IMG/VR virus record: IMGVR_UViG_3300027779_000011
Coordinates: 94,717-158,716 of that record
DNA: 64,000 bases
Strand: one strand, 5' to 3'
Origin: a virus
In this document: one piece after another, positions 9,860 through 20,374 of the stretch
Layout: each line of letters opens with the position of its first letter
How positions within the stretch are numbered: position 1 is the stretch's first letter
Program-made: the position numbers and the translations under genes
The notes under the pieces: model-generated
What the model saw: the letters and a program-made list of their open reading frames with translations, nothing else
The model's database searches: none
Told to the model about the DNA's origin: nothing

Positions 9860-10618
9860 ATGATAAAATTATCGGTGTCTTCAATTGGAACTTATGAGAA
9901 GTGTCCAAAAAACTATCACTATAGATATATAGAAAAACCGGAGATAGAGAGTTCAACTTGGGGCTTTCTAGAGTTTGGTTCTTGCGCCCATGCTGTTTTA
10001 GAAAACTTCCATAATTATATAATGGAAAACGGTTCGAGCGATGGGTATGGAAGCATAATGAAGAGATCTTTTGAGTCTGCTATAAAAGATTTTGATATAA
10101 ATATCTTAAGGGAGCCGGTTTGGACGCCAGAGGGGGAAAAGCATGGTGTAAAGTATCTTAAGGAAATTATGAAAGATTACCTATCTATGATGATAGAAAA
10201 TGGCCACCCAGATGTTGTGGGGGTTGAGACATCTTTTGATAGGGAGATTGACGGATATAGAATAAGGGGCTTCATAGATAGGATAGATAAGGTTGGAGAT
10301 GGACACTATAGGGTTGTCGACTATAAGACATCAAAAAGTCCAAAGTATCTGACACCCTTTCAGCTTTGTGTTTATGCCTTAGTTATAAAGGATATGTTTG
10401 ACGATGCCAAGCTTATATCCGGTTCCTATTCTTTGTTAAAGCATAATTTTAAAACTATTGATTGGGACTTTTCAGAAGACGATATGCAGAGAGCTAGAGA
10501 GAAGATAACTACGGTTGGCGGATATATAGAGAGTGAGGAAAGATGGGTTAAGAAGCCATCCACTCTATGTAATTGGTGTGATTATAAGAGTATTTGCCAA
10601 CCAGATTCATGGATATAG
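9860..10618 (+). CDS. PD-(D/E)xK RecB/Cas4-like exonuclease with 4-Cys cluster
   Basis: LSVSSIGTYEKCP, FGSCAHAVLE, GFIDRID...VVDYKT, QLCVYA, and C-terminal CNWCDYKSIC. Confidence 0.88.
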   Translation: MIKLSVSSIGTYEKCPKNYHYRYIEKPEIESSTWGFLEFGSCAHAVLENFHNYIMENGSSDGYGSIMKRSFESAIKDFDINILREPVWTPEGEKHGVKYLKEIMKDYLSMMIENGHPDVVGVETSFDREIDGYRIRGFIDRIDKVGDGHYRVVDYKTSKSPKYLTPFQLCVYALVIKDMFDDAKLISGSYSLLKHNFKTIDWDFSEDDMQRAREKITTVGGYIESEERWVKKPSTLCNWCDYKSICQPDSWI

Positions 10619-10629
10619 GAGGTTTGTTT

Positions 10630-11421
10630 ATGGATAAAGAATTCGCAGGGAGCGTGGACGTGTATGATGAGAACTTTTATGTTGATACAAGGACCGGAGA
10701 GGGCCTGGATTTGGTTCTTGATAAGATAGATCCGCTATTATGCAAGATGGCCTCTAGGACATATATTCCTGGATATTTTTTCGATGATATAAAGCAAGAG
10801 CTTGTCGAAATTGCAATAAATGGCATAAGATCATACAATCCTGATAAAAAGGTGAAGCTTAGTACTTTTTTGCACATTCATCTTAGGAACAAGATTATAT
10901 CAAAGATTAGATCAAAGAATAAAATGTCAAAGGATGCGTTTGGCCTGGGTGATTTAAGTGCGTACACGTGTAAATGCGGAACTAGCGAAACGCCCATCGA
11001 AGATTCTGTTCTGACAGAAAGTGGCTCATATGAGGTTAAGGTTTCATGCGCCAGTTGCGGGTCTACTTTGTCTAAGAAGACGAGGAGGATAAGGGAGGAA
11101 ATTCTCTTTACTCAGATCAGAACGAATAACTCTGAAAAAAATGATGCAATAAACTTTGAAGATATGATTTCAGATGATGACGCTATGTATAACTCCGGAG
11201 CCTCTCTTTATAGGCATGTTGACTTCATAGACTCCCTTGACAAGTTGTCAGAATCTATAGATGAGAAAACGGCAAAGATAGTTAGATTAATATGCCTTGA
11301 AGATTATTCAATAAAGGATGCTGCTAGCGAAGTTGGTTTATCTGGATGGGCAGCAAGCATGAGGTTAAAAAACTTATCAAAAAACAAAGTAATAAAGGAC
11401 ATGTTCGATAAGAAAGAATAA
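10630..11421 (+). CDS. Sigma-70 family RNA polymerase sigma factor with Cys-rich insert
   Basis: Region 2 DDIKQE...YNPDKKVKLSTFLHIHLRNKI; region-4 HTH YSIKDAASEVGLS; SD AGGAGG just upstream of ATG 10630. Confidence 0.8.
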   Translation: MDKEFAGSVDVYDENFYVDTRTGEGLDLVLDKIDPLLCKMASRTYIPGYFFDDIKQELVEIAINGIRSYNPDKKVKLSTFLHIHLRNKIISKIRSKNKMSKDAFGLGDLSAYTCKCGTSETPIEDSVLTESGSYEVKVSCASCGSTLSKKTRRIREEILFTQIRTNNSEKNDAINFEDMISDDDAMYNSGASLYRHVDFIDSLDKLSESIDEKTAKIVRLICLEDYSIKDAASEVGLSGWAASMRLKNLSKNKVIKDMFDKKE

Positions 11422-11428
11422 TAATAAT

Positions 11429-12865
11429 ATGATATCAAAATCTATTGAAAAATATATAGACGAAGAAATAGAGATATCAAGATATAAAATATCTTCTCTA
11501 AGCAGGGTTTCGAACCTAAAGCCATCTCAAAAAAGAATTTTAGAAATAGAGGAAGAGCTTTGTTCGACACCGTTTAAGAGTCTCGGCTTTTCATCTACAT
11601 CGGAAGCCGCAACTGCATTTAGAATTTTCAGAGAGTCTAGAGCGATGTTCTATGATATGTATCTTAATGAGAGTCGGGGCCCCACTCTTTCTGTGGGTAG
11701 TGCGAAAGAGCTTTGTCAATGTATAGATAGGAAGCTTCATTTTTTAAACTCAAAGGCAAAAGAGCTCTCCTCTTTTAGGCCTCAAGAGGTCAACCTAGTA
11801 CAAGATAAAGATAGCAGGGATCTGTTTTTTAGGCATCTGGCAGATAAAAACAGCTCTCCCATTGGGTTGGAGGTTGACAAGTTTCGTAATAAGAAAGTAA
11901 AAGATTATGAAGCATATGAGCCATCTGTTATTTCTAAGTTTAGAGCAAGAAAGCAGGCGTGCATAATGTCTGCAGGAAGACATATGCACGACGAGTGCCA
12001 AAGATTATCTAGTGAATACAGGCATGAGCTGTTGTCAAAAAATATCTCTAAAGAGAGGCTGACCACAATAGAGGGCTCTATTGATAGTGTATTTTTTAAT
12101 TTAAATGATAATATTTATAAAAATTATAATTACGCTATAGACAGCATGCATGGATTGATTGAAAAAACAATGGGTTCTAACAAGAGTTTCCGCAAAATTA
12201 GAAGATTGAAAAACTGCTTAGAGAGCAGTGATGGTATTCCAAATACGATAAACTCTTCAAATGGTAAAACCTCATTTAGGATAGAAAATATTTTTTGTGG
12301 AAGTAAAGAGCCAATAAAGCATTCTTTCTTAAAAGATAAAAATAAAAATATATCAACAAAGGCTTATGGCATTCTGTTTCCAATAAAAAGAATTGGTAAT
12401 GAGAAAATGACTCCATTGTATATAGATATTTGGACAGATTCTGATGTGTGCATGAATAATATAATTTGTAATAAATTATCAAATGTGAAAGCAACAGACC
12501 CCGTGTCCAGTGATGATATTTATTATAAGTGTATTTTTCTACTACCTATGTGGAAAGTTTTAGAAGCTTCTTTCCTGGATGATGGCATAAAGATGTTTTT
12601 ATCTAAAATTTATAATTTAGATATTGAAAAATTTAATGATATAGACTTTAATGATAAAAAAAATATATCGAAAGAATTATCATTCTCTGAAGGTTTTGCG
12701 AATATAAACGATAGCAAGAGCTCTATATTAGTTCCGAGCACGAGATCTGAGGAATTCTTTTTTTCCACAAATCGTGAAAAGATACAAAACCACATAATTA
12801 ATGTGTCTGGGTATAATGAATATGTTGAAAATTATACTATTAATAATCGCGCAGTTAATGTATAA
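11429..12865 (+). CDS. Hypothetical protein
   Basis: 478-aa ORF in operon context; no motif recognised. Confidence 0.6.
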   Translation: MISKSIEKYIDEEIEISRYKISSLSRVSNLKPSQKRILEIEEELCSTPFKSLGFSSTSEAATAFRIFRESRAMFYDMYLNESRGPTLSVGSAKELCQCIDRKLHFLNSKAKELSSFRPQEVNLVQDKDSRDLFFRHLADKNSSPIGLEVDKFRNKKVKDYEAYEPSVISKFRARKQACIMSAGRHMHDECQRLSSEYRHELLSKNISKERLTTIEGSIDSVFFNLNDNIYKNYNYAIDSMHGLIEKTMGSNKSFRKIRRLKNCLESSDGIPNTINSSNGKTSFRIENIFCGSKEPIKHSFLKDKNKNISTKAYGILFPIKRIGNEKMTPLYIDIWTDSDVCMNNIICNKLSNVKATDPVSSDDIYYKCIFLLPMWKVLEASFLDDGIKMFLSKIYNLDIEKFNDIDFNDKKNISKELSFSEGFANINDSKSSILVPSTRSEEFFFSTNREKIQNHIINVSGYNEYVENYTINNRAVNV

Positions 12866-12909
12866 ATCTTCACATTAGTACTTGTCATAACAAACCTGGG
12901 TTTTATTAA

Positions 12910-15900
12910 ATGAAAAAAGAAAAAAGATTAACTTTATTAAGAAAGTATTTTAAAAAGTCTGCAACGGATAAGTCATCTGATGAGCCTAGGGTTTCCCCTG
13001 TTATAGTCAGGCTAATTACAGATCTGCTAGAGCTTCATGAAGAGGGCGCTCTTTCGGAGATTAGCGATGAGGTCTCAGGGTCAGTTATTGAAAACCTATT
13101 GGGGGCATACGAAAGGCTTAGCGCCGGAAGAGATGATTCTGAGGGGTTGCTTGTAGAAGATTACGACGTGCTTGATACAAGTGGAGACCGGATTAGTGAC
13201 GACAGGTATGTGCCGGAAGATGAAGATGACTGGCTTGCGGAGGAGCATGAGCCTGGGGCTACGGTACAGACTACCATGCAGGAGGACTATGAAAACGTTC
13301 TGTCGGACTATGATGAAGTCATCTATACGATAATAGAACAATCATTTGGCGAGGGAGATATAGAGACTGGCATTGAAAATATGATATCAGAGGATAAAGA
13401 CTTTGTCTCATCCTATGTATCAAGTGCTTTCTCAACCCTAAGCAGGGCTCTCGATAGTCTGGATAAACATTTTCCAACGGATTCGTTTTCAGGTAGCAGT
13501 GATAAGGAGCTGGCCAGCAGAATAAAGTACATAGAAACGTACAGGGAAGAGGTAAGGGGTATGTACAAAAACCTTAGTGGCCTTTCCGGACTTGGCAAAA
13601 CCATAGAGAATGCGAATGACGCTATATCAATCCTGAGAGGCTATAGAGAGGGCCGAAGCGGTGGGACAGTTGAGGAGCCCGCTGGTGATCCTGGTGGCGA
13701 AACAATGATATTTGGACCAGACCGGCAGCCGGGGAAGCCCGGTCGGAGAAAGATTCGCCCCCTCGACGACCCTGCGGGGAAGGCCTCCAGGCGTAATAAG
13801 AAGTATTTGTTAACAGAGGAAGTTGCGCCATCCCGTGTTATGAATGATCATTCTAATATCGATCAAGAAGACTTAACGACTGATTGGTCAGTTGTTTCCA
13901 GCCAGCTATCTTCATTTTCTGAAGGATTTTTTACAGATGTTGATTCCGATATTTTAAATGGCGTAGAAGATAGGATGACCATAGAGCAGAAAGAGCTGCT
14001 TATTAGAGATAATTTTGAAAAGTTTGCTACAAATCTTTCTAGTGAGATAACTTTAATAAGGAATAGGCTGATAGATACTTCAATTGGGTTTGGTGGACGC
14101 ATATCTAATGAGGCTAACATCAGCAAGGCAATATCTAGCTTGAATAACCTATATGCATCCTTATGGGTTTGGGATCAGATAAATAAGATAAGAATAAAGA
14201 GTATGGACATAGGGTATGTAAATACGATCAAGATATCTGGAACATACAGTATCATCAGGCACCTTAAGTCTGTCGGAAGATCCACGCTAAGGAATTTCGT
14301 GGAGAGCGCAATTATATGCTCAAGAACAAAGCTTATGTTTAGGAAGGTTAGGAATGACGAGGGAGCTTATGACGAAGACTTAACCGCTAGGTTTATGCAA
14401 GAGGTTGTAAATCAAATTATAAATAAGATGTCTGCCGCCATTAAAGATGGGAGTAATAAAGAAAATATAATTAAGTATATAGGTACGATTCCGATAAACC
14501 AAACCTTGTTGCGAATAAATGCCAAAAATATTATAGATGTAGAATCCGGGGTTGTCGCATCAAAGACTGTTGTTAATAACAAGTATACAAAGTGCCCTGT
14601 GTGTAGCAAACAAATACTTTGGGGATTAAATGGTGGTGGTTCAGATAAGGAGAAAATCGATAGGTTTAAGGAAAAAAATCTTGGTAATTTTAAGTATGTT
14701 CAATATTCCTTTTATAGGGCCGATGGATCTCTAATAGATATAAATGACTTAATCGAACCTTCAAGCACCTTAATTAGTGACGCCGATGCAGACGCCGATG
14801 CCGATCACGGATGGAAGTCTAAGGAGTATTCCGGAACAAAAACGTGGATAGAGATAAGCAATATGATCTACTCTGGAGACAAGAGTGACCACGCAGAGGG
14901 CCTGAGAAGAAGGTCCGAAGTGCTTGCTTACTTTGGCGGAGAGCCGCTGAATAATGGAGAGGAGGTAAGAATAAGGGACTCTAGGTTTGGCTGCCCATAT
15001 GATTCTGAGAATGACCACTGTGGACTTGCGGTTTCTGAAGACGGAGATGAGTTTATGTTCGGATGGAATGGATCCGGCAGGACAGTTATTTCTGGTGATA
15101 AAAGCAAAGGGCCTACTAGACTTGATTTTTATGGCAAGAGAGATGGAGATAATTATTATACAAACTCAATAACCGAAGGCAATGAGCAGAACGCGAACCA
15201 TATGGCTAAAAAATATGGAAATGGTGGATATAAGTTTTCAAAGCATTGCTTCTCATGCCCATGCAGAATTACTCAAGACGTTGCAAAAGATGATGGCAAA
15301 TTTTTATATAAATATAATTATATGGCGATACCGTACTTTGGAGTGCACTCTGCAGATAATATATCTAATTATGAATTATGGAAAGAGAAGTCTCCAATAG
15401 GGCTTCCGACAGCCCCCGATGGTAGTGTTGATGATACAATTGGTGATAATACGGTTGGGTATGTTATTTGCGGTGCATCAACATCTCTGTCATCTTTCTC
15501 CAGAAGTGGACAGCTCTCTATCAGCTCTCTTTTTCAGTCGATATATGAAGCAGAGGGGTCTGGAGACAAACCAAGGGGAACTGCGAAGAGGCTTTCTGAA
15601 TGGCTAATATCAAATGGCGTTGACCCATTTGATATATATGAGTTTGTACATACTGGAAAATACCACTCTGTGGATTTAGAGATTCCTCCAGGGGAAGGGG
15701 AGGCATCGGACCCGATTCCTGCCGCATCTTTGCCAGAGGGTTTTTTCTCATCACCGGCTGACCGAGGATATACAGATCTTTATATGAGTGAGCAAGACCC
15801 TAAGCCGCCCGCCTTGGATGAGAAGGGAACTGTGGTACGAAGAAGGGGCGGTGTCGACAACAAGGAAAGTGCGCTTATACGCAGAAGTAGGAGAAGAAAA

Positions 15901-18900
15901 AACAATCTTAAAATTATAAACATTACATCTTCTTTGGATATAAATAAGTCAAAGAGGTTGCACAAAATATCGGAGCTTTTGTCTACAGCTATGGCCAAGT
16001 CGATTGACTCTGATATATATGACATCATCGGAGGCTTATCCCTATCATGTCCTAATGGACATAAGTTTTCCATATCTCAGAGTATTAACTTTGCGAATAA
16101 TAATATGGCAAGAAAGATAAGGGGGATGACGAGGATAGGTGAATATAGTTCTGAACATAATGCTCTAATGGCAAATGGATCATTTGAAAATTATAAAAAA
16201 TTAGGAATTATAAAGGAGGTTTCTGATTTCGATAACCATCAGCAATATGATAAATGGACGGTATCATCATCGTCAAAAAGAGACCCGTCAAGGCTATCGT
16301 TCCTTGGGCCGGATGGTAGGTATTATAAAATAAGTGAAGTGTGGAACCCTGGAAAGGGTGGCTTTTTGGCTACAGCCTGGAACACTAGATCTACCGCAAG
16401 GGCTCCTTACTCATTTACTGATCCGATAGTTGAATTTAGAATGAACTATGAGCTATCAGACAAAGAGTATGTTAAATCAAAGTCAACCACAAAGGGAGAG
16501 GATGATTCTGGAGAGTCCTCGGCTTTAGAAGGGGAGATGGTAAGATCAGTTGAGGAATCTGTTGGTGGAGAGGAAACAAACGTCACCGATGATGCAAGGA
16601 CAATAGACGAGCAACTTTCAGAGGGCTATCATCTGGTTCAGCCAATACCTCATCCAAGCAGGCTTTCTGCGAACGCAGATACCGTTAGGATCCAGGTAAA
16701 GCAGCTCTCTATATCTGTTGAGTCTATTTTAAATGTAATAGCCCAATGGAGGGATAACGCAGTCGACTCTTCGTTTAACATGGCTTTTGCATATCCAGAA
16801 AACATTTGTTGCACTGAGGATGACTACCGGACTATAAAGACGAGCATTCCGGAGATAATAGACATTGCTGTTGGGCCAGAAGACCTGGAGAAAACCTCCC
16901 TACAGGTATTTGAAGATCTGAAATCAAACTTGTTTGATTCATATCTAGATGGTGTTGATTTGAACAGAATTCATTTAATGATTCCAAATTATACATATGA
17001 GTATGTATCAAATATGATATATGAAAATATATCGAGTTCGTTAAAATCTGTAATTGGGTTAGAATATAATGATGAAATCAGACTAGATACAAAGTCCGAA
17101 GCCTTTTCTGACATAGTCAACATACTCTTTCCGTTAAAAAGATTTAGCCCGGTGTCTCAAAAGGCAAGTTACGGCAAGGAGTTAGTGAGGAAGGAGTTTA
17201 TAGGGAAGTTATACATGGTTGCTTCTGCAATATATTTATCCAGAGCTATGGAGAAATACGCAAATAATTACCATAATCCGGCGTCATCAAATTATGTTGG
17301 ATATAGATTGCCATTAGACTTAGACGCAAACTCTGCTTTTAATGTGTCAAAAGAGCAGATATCTGGATTTCCGTCAGAAGTCATAAGGGATCTGGAACGC
17401 GGAACAGATCAGCTCCTAGACGCAAATGGAGGCATTGTCGGGGAAATACAATATGATGTGGATGAGTCTGGGGCTATTTTGAATGAGGATGAAATATTAA
17501 GAAAGATTAAATCTGCATATCACTTCTCAATAAAAGAAGATTTGGAAAATATAGATAGCATAGTCTTCTCCAGGGATGTTTTAGACGCCGCTAGGGAGTA
17601 TATATCAAACATGGCGATCGACAAGATCATAGAACCCATATCTAATACGGACAGTGTTTTGCAATATATGGATGAAAACGGCTATGTTAAAATAGATGAT
17701 GGAAGTTATTCATATGAAGACAGGATTAGGGCAATATCAGGCATACTAGATCAGGCTAGGGCGATTGAGGATAAGGGGGTTAGGTCTCATAAAGCGGGAG
17801 CTAAGAACAAACAGCTTATGTCATTTTTGACAGAACATGGTATAGACCCGGTTTTCTATAGGAATAAAACAATCTTTGATGCAATGACCTCTTCCTCTCA
17901 GGTTGCAACAGTAAGCTTTAGGCCATACATGGATGAGTGGGAGGGACCTAGCGGTCAGGATTATGTTCAGCCATATAAGCCTCAAATTCCATCTTCTTTA
18001 AAAATTATGTTTGCGTACCCAACAAAAGAAACTGTTGCCGCCCAGAAGGACTTTTTTAACAAAGATACGATGACTATTAGGGCCTTCATGAGATATCCGA
18101 TAATATCTCTGCCATCACACAACAGTGGGTTTTTAGTATCGCAGAAACGAGGAACTGAGGTTGGCCATTTTGTTGTGTCAAGGCTAAGGCCGCTGGGCTC
18201 TAGGACGGCAAAGATAGAGGGCCAAGAGCTTCAGGATTTTATATCTTCAAAAAGGTTGTACGAAGTTGATGCATATACAGAAATGCTGGATAATATGGGC
18301 TTTAATATATGGTTTGTCTCTCAACTAGAATACCCCGCGAAAGGGGTTTCTTCCAAAACATATTCACCATTATTTGGGCATCTTGATAGCGAGGGGAGCC
18401 CCAAAAAAGATCTCAAGGCAAACATTTCAAGCATCTTGGATCATCCAGCAACAGAGGCTGGGGTGGATGAAAATGGAAATGATTTTTACATAAATTCATT
18501 ATTCAATTATGATAGCAGGTTGTGGCAAATTGGAAGGGTTGGGAAATCTAGTGCCACTGGCGCTGTATTTTCGTATCCAATATCTGAAGAAAATCTTATG
18601 AGGTATGATAGTCCAATCGGAGTGATCCTTCCTTTTGATCTATCACCATCGTCATCAAACATGGGTACGAACCAGGAAAGGAATCTGGCCAAAGTGTTTA
18701 GGAATGCGCTTCCTATAGCAGATATAAACTTTATTGTCGAGATTGACAATATGCCAATAGATATAGGGTTTCTTGTCCAAAAAACGAAGGGGGCGTTTCT
18801 GAAAGGCCTTTCTGATATAGATAAAAGTTATAATTCATATAGGGCAGGGGTCAATAAAATAAAGTCTAATAGCTCTACTAGTGCGGAAGAAAAGTCTCAA

Positions 18901-20067
18901 TTGGAAATGGACGAAGCGATGAAGTTAAATGATAGAGCCGCTGGAACTGTAAATTCAATATCTAGGCTTAATTATTCAGTAAGAACATCTGAGTCTGCAT
19001 CCAAAAAGCGTTCGGCGCCAGCAATTCCCGGCAGCGATCCTTACGTGTCTGCTATTTCAAAGCTGGATACTCCAATTTGGAGATCGTCAATTAGGCCGTC
19101 AATACCCCTCGTGGATCCTCAGACTGCGTACAGGTTGGTAAGCGGAGAACAATACAGTATTTCTGGACTAGTGCCAGAGCTAACGTCCGAAGAAAAGAAC
19201 GCCCTTTATAAGTTTATTGTTGATGTATATGGATTAAACGTAATTGGAAAAGTATTTTCGCCGCTAATGGAGCGAGGTGTTGGCTCGACGTTATCACCAG
19301 AAGAGACGCTGGACTTAGAAAATGTTGTGAAGGATTATGCCGAAAATAAACTTGGATTCGAGCTTACCGATGATGAGTATATGGGTCGCAAAAAAGTAAA
19401 GGGCGCCAGGGATAAGGGAACTCCGGCAGAAAGGGTACAGCTTATTTTAGACAAGCTCAATGCGCTAAGGCCGAATGTGGTCGGCATTGGGAAAAAGACA
19501 AGCCTTACAGTTAAGAACAACAACCACCTTGCAAACGTTATGGGAATCGATCCTGGAATGTATTACAACCTATCCCAAGAGTCGGCCATATCTTACGTGC
19601 CTGTTTCTGTTCCGGTTGAGTTATTTGGACAAGAGTGGAAGAAGGGCTGGACCCCTATAGATACGAAGACTGTCTTGCAAACTAGAGATGTGCAAAGAGG
19701 TTATAGGGTAGACGAAGACGGTAGAAAAATTCCAGTCAGGGATTCGCTTCTTGCCGGAAGAATTAGCGCCGCAACATTAGATTATTTCCGTGGAACACAG
19801 ACGGGGGATGTTGCGAGCATAGATCAACATGGCGCAGAGATGTCAAAAGTTGTTCCTGGCACAGCATCCGGTGTAGAGGGCATTGTCGGATTGGCGACGA
19901 AGATGAAGAGGAACTTATTATTACACATGGAAAGAAGACTCAAGGGTTTGAGCATAGAAAAATTAAGTGAAAAAAATGATTTATTAAATAAAATTTCTTA
20001 CAGGCGGAGGAGACTCTTTAGTATAATTAAGACCAATGGGCATGGTGCCGATTACAAACTTAAATAA
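12910..20067 (+). CDS. Very large hypothetical protein (2385 aa) with several Cys clusters
   Basis: Uninterrupted ORF; CPVC, CPYD-x5-CG, CFSCPC and CPNGH clusters. Confidence 0.75.
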   Translation: MKKEKRLTLLRKYFKKSATDKSSDEPRVSPVIVRLITDLLELHEEGALSEISDEVSGSVIENLLGAYERLSAGRDDSEGLLVEDYDVLDTSGDRISDDRYVPEDEDDWLAEEHEPGATVQTTMQEDYENVLSDYDEVIYTIIEQSFGEGDIETGIENMISEDKDFVSSYVSSAFSTLSRALDSLDKHFPTDSFSGSSDKELASRIKYIETYREEVRGMYKNLSGLSGLGKTIENANDAISILRGYREGRSGGTVEEPAGDPGGETMIFGPDRQPGKPGRRKIRPLDDPAGKASRRNKKYLLTEEVAPSRVMNDHSNIDQEDLTTDWSVVSSQLSSFSEGFFTDVDSDILNGVEDRMTIEQKELLIRDNFEKFATNLSSEITLIRNRLIDTSIGFGGRISNEANISKAISSLNNLYASLWVWDQINKIRIKSMDIGYVNTIKISGTYSIIRHLKSVGRSTLRNFVESAIICSRTKLMFRKVRNDEGAYDEDLTARFMQEVVNQIINKMSAAIKDGSNKENIIKYIGTIPINQTLLRINAKNIIDVESGVVASKTVVNNKYTKCPVCSKQILWGLNGGGSDKEKIDRFKEKNLGNFKYVQYSFYRADGSLIDINDLIEPSSTLISDADADADADHGWKSKEYSGTKTWIEISNMIYSGDKSDHAEGLRRRSEVLAYFGGEPLNNGEEVRIRDSRFGCPYDSENDHCGLAVSEDGDEFMFGWNGSGRTVISGDKSKGPTRLDFYGKRDGDNYYTNSITEGNEQNANHMAKKYGNGGYKFSKHCFSCPCRITQDVAKDDGKFLYKYNYMAIPYFGVHSADNISNYELWKEKSPIGLPTAPDGSVDDTIGDNTVGYVICGASTSLSSFSRSGQLSISSLFQSIYEAEGSGDKPRGTAKRLSEWLISNGVDPFDIYEFVHTGKYHSVDLEIPPGEGEASDPIPAASLPEGFFSSPADRGYTDLYMSEQDPKPPALDEKGTVVRRRGGVDNKESALIRRSRRRKNNLKIINITSSLDINKSKRLHKISELLSTAMAKSIDSDIYDIIGGLSLSCPNGHKFSISQSINFANNNMARKIRGMTRIGEYSSEHNALMANGSFENYKKLGIIKEVSDFDNHQQYDKWTVSSSSKRDPSRLSFLGPDGRYYKISEVWNPGKGGFLATAWNTRSTARAPYSFTDPIVEFRMNYELSDKEYVKSKSTTKGEDDSGESSALEGEMVRSVEESVGGEETNVTDDARTIDEQLSEGYHLVQPIPHPSRLSANADTVRIQVKQLSISVESILNVIAQWRDNAVDSSFNMAFAYPENICCTEDDYRTIKTSIPEIIDIAVGPEDLEKTSLQVFEDLKSNLFDSYLDGVDLNRIHLMIPNYTYEYVSNMIYENISSSLKSVIGLEYNDEIRLDTKSEAFSDIVNILFPLKRFSPVSQKASYGKELVRKEFIGKLYMVASAIYLSRAMEKYANNYHNPASSNYVGYRLPLDLDANSAFNVSKEQISGFPSEVIRDLERGTDQLLDANGGIVGEIQYDVDESGAILNEDEILRKIKSAYHFSIKEDLENIDSIVFSRDVLDAAREYISNMAIDKIIEPISNTDSVLQYMDENGYVKIDDGSYSYEDRIRAISGILDQARAIEDKGVRSHKAGAKNKQLMSFLTEHGIDPVFYRNKTIFDAMTSSSQVATVSFRPYMDEWEGPSGQDYVQPYKPQIPSSLKIMFAYPTKETVAAQKDFFNKDTMTIRAFMRYPIISLPSHNSGFLVSQKRGTEVGHFVVSRLRPLGSRTAKIEGQELQDFISSKRLYEVDAYTEMLDNMGFNIWFVSQLEYPAKGVSSKTYSPLFGHLDSEGSPKKDLKANISSILDHPATEAGVDENGNDFYINSLFNYDSRLWQIGRVGKSSATGAVFSYPISEENLMRYDSPIGVILPFDLSPSSSNMGTNQERNLAKVFRNALPIADINFIVEIDNMPIDIGFLVQKTKGAFLKGLSDIDKSYNSYRAGVNKIKSNSSTSAEEKSQLEMDEAMKLNDRAAGTVNSISRLNYSVRTSESASKKRSAPAIPGSDPYVSAISKLDTPIWRSSIRPSIPLVDPQTAYRLVSGEQYSISGLVPELTSEEKNALYKFIVDVYGLNVIGKVFSPLMERGVGSTLSPEETLDLENVVKDYAENKLGFELTDDEYMGRKKVKGARDKGTPAERVQLILDKLNALRPNVVGIGKKTSLTVKNNNHLANVMGIDPGMYYNLSQESAISYVPVSVPVELFGQEWKKGWTPIDTKTVLQTRDVQRGYRVDEDGRKIPVRDSLLAGRISAATLDYFRGTQTGDVASIDQHGAEMSKVVPGTASGVEGIVGLATKMKRNLLLHMERRLKGLSIEKLSEKNDLLNKISYRRRRLFSIIKTNGHGADYKLK

Positions 20068-20083
20068 CATGCCTGGAGGCGTT

Positions 20084-20365
20084 ATGGATAACAGCATTAA
20101 TATTTTTGAAGAAGAGGCTAGGCCGAATAATCTAAACGGAATAGACGTAGACATTGTTCGCTCTATGGTGAAGCAGATGAGCGAAATTGATGAGCAGATT
20201 AAAGACCTGAGGGCAGACAAGAAGGAGTTGATTGGTGACTTCATTGATAATCATGACGTTCCTAAGAAGGAGATCATGATTGCAATTAGAATGCTAAAGG
20301 GAGATATAGATCCAGATGTAACCTCATATTTGTATGCAAACTTAGCGGACATAGTTGATATTTAG
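20084..20365 (+). CDS. GapR/DUF2312-like (T4 DsbA-like) dsDNA-binding protein
   Basis: VRSMVKQMSEIDEQIKDLRADKKELI...KKEIMIAIRMLK pattern; GGAGG upstream of ATG 20084. Confidence 0.6.
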   Translation: MDNSINIFEEEARPNNLNGIDVDIVRSMVKQMSEIDEQIKDLRADKKELIGDFIDNHDVPKKEIMIAIRMLKGDIDPDVTSYLYANLADIVDI

Positions 20366-20374
20366 GGCATATTT

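Noticed and set aside
9860-10618. Cas4-like nuclease as part of a CRISPR system
   Set aside because: No repeat-spacer array or other cas genes seen; such nucleases are common in phage recombination modules.
14779-14805. DADADADAD in the 2385-aa protein as an RNA polymerase DxDxD catalytic motif
   Set aside because: It is a low-complexity microrepeat (gaYgcN) without the NADFDGD context or recognisable double-psi barrel.
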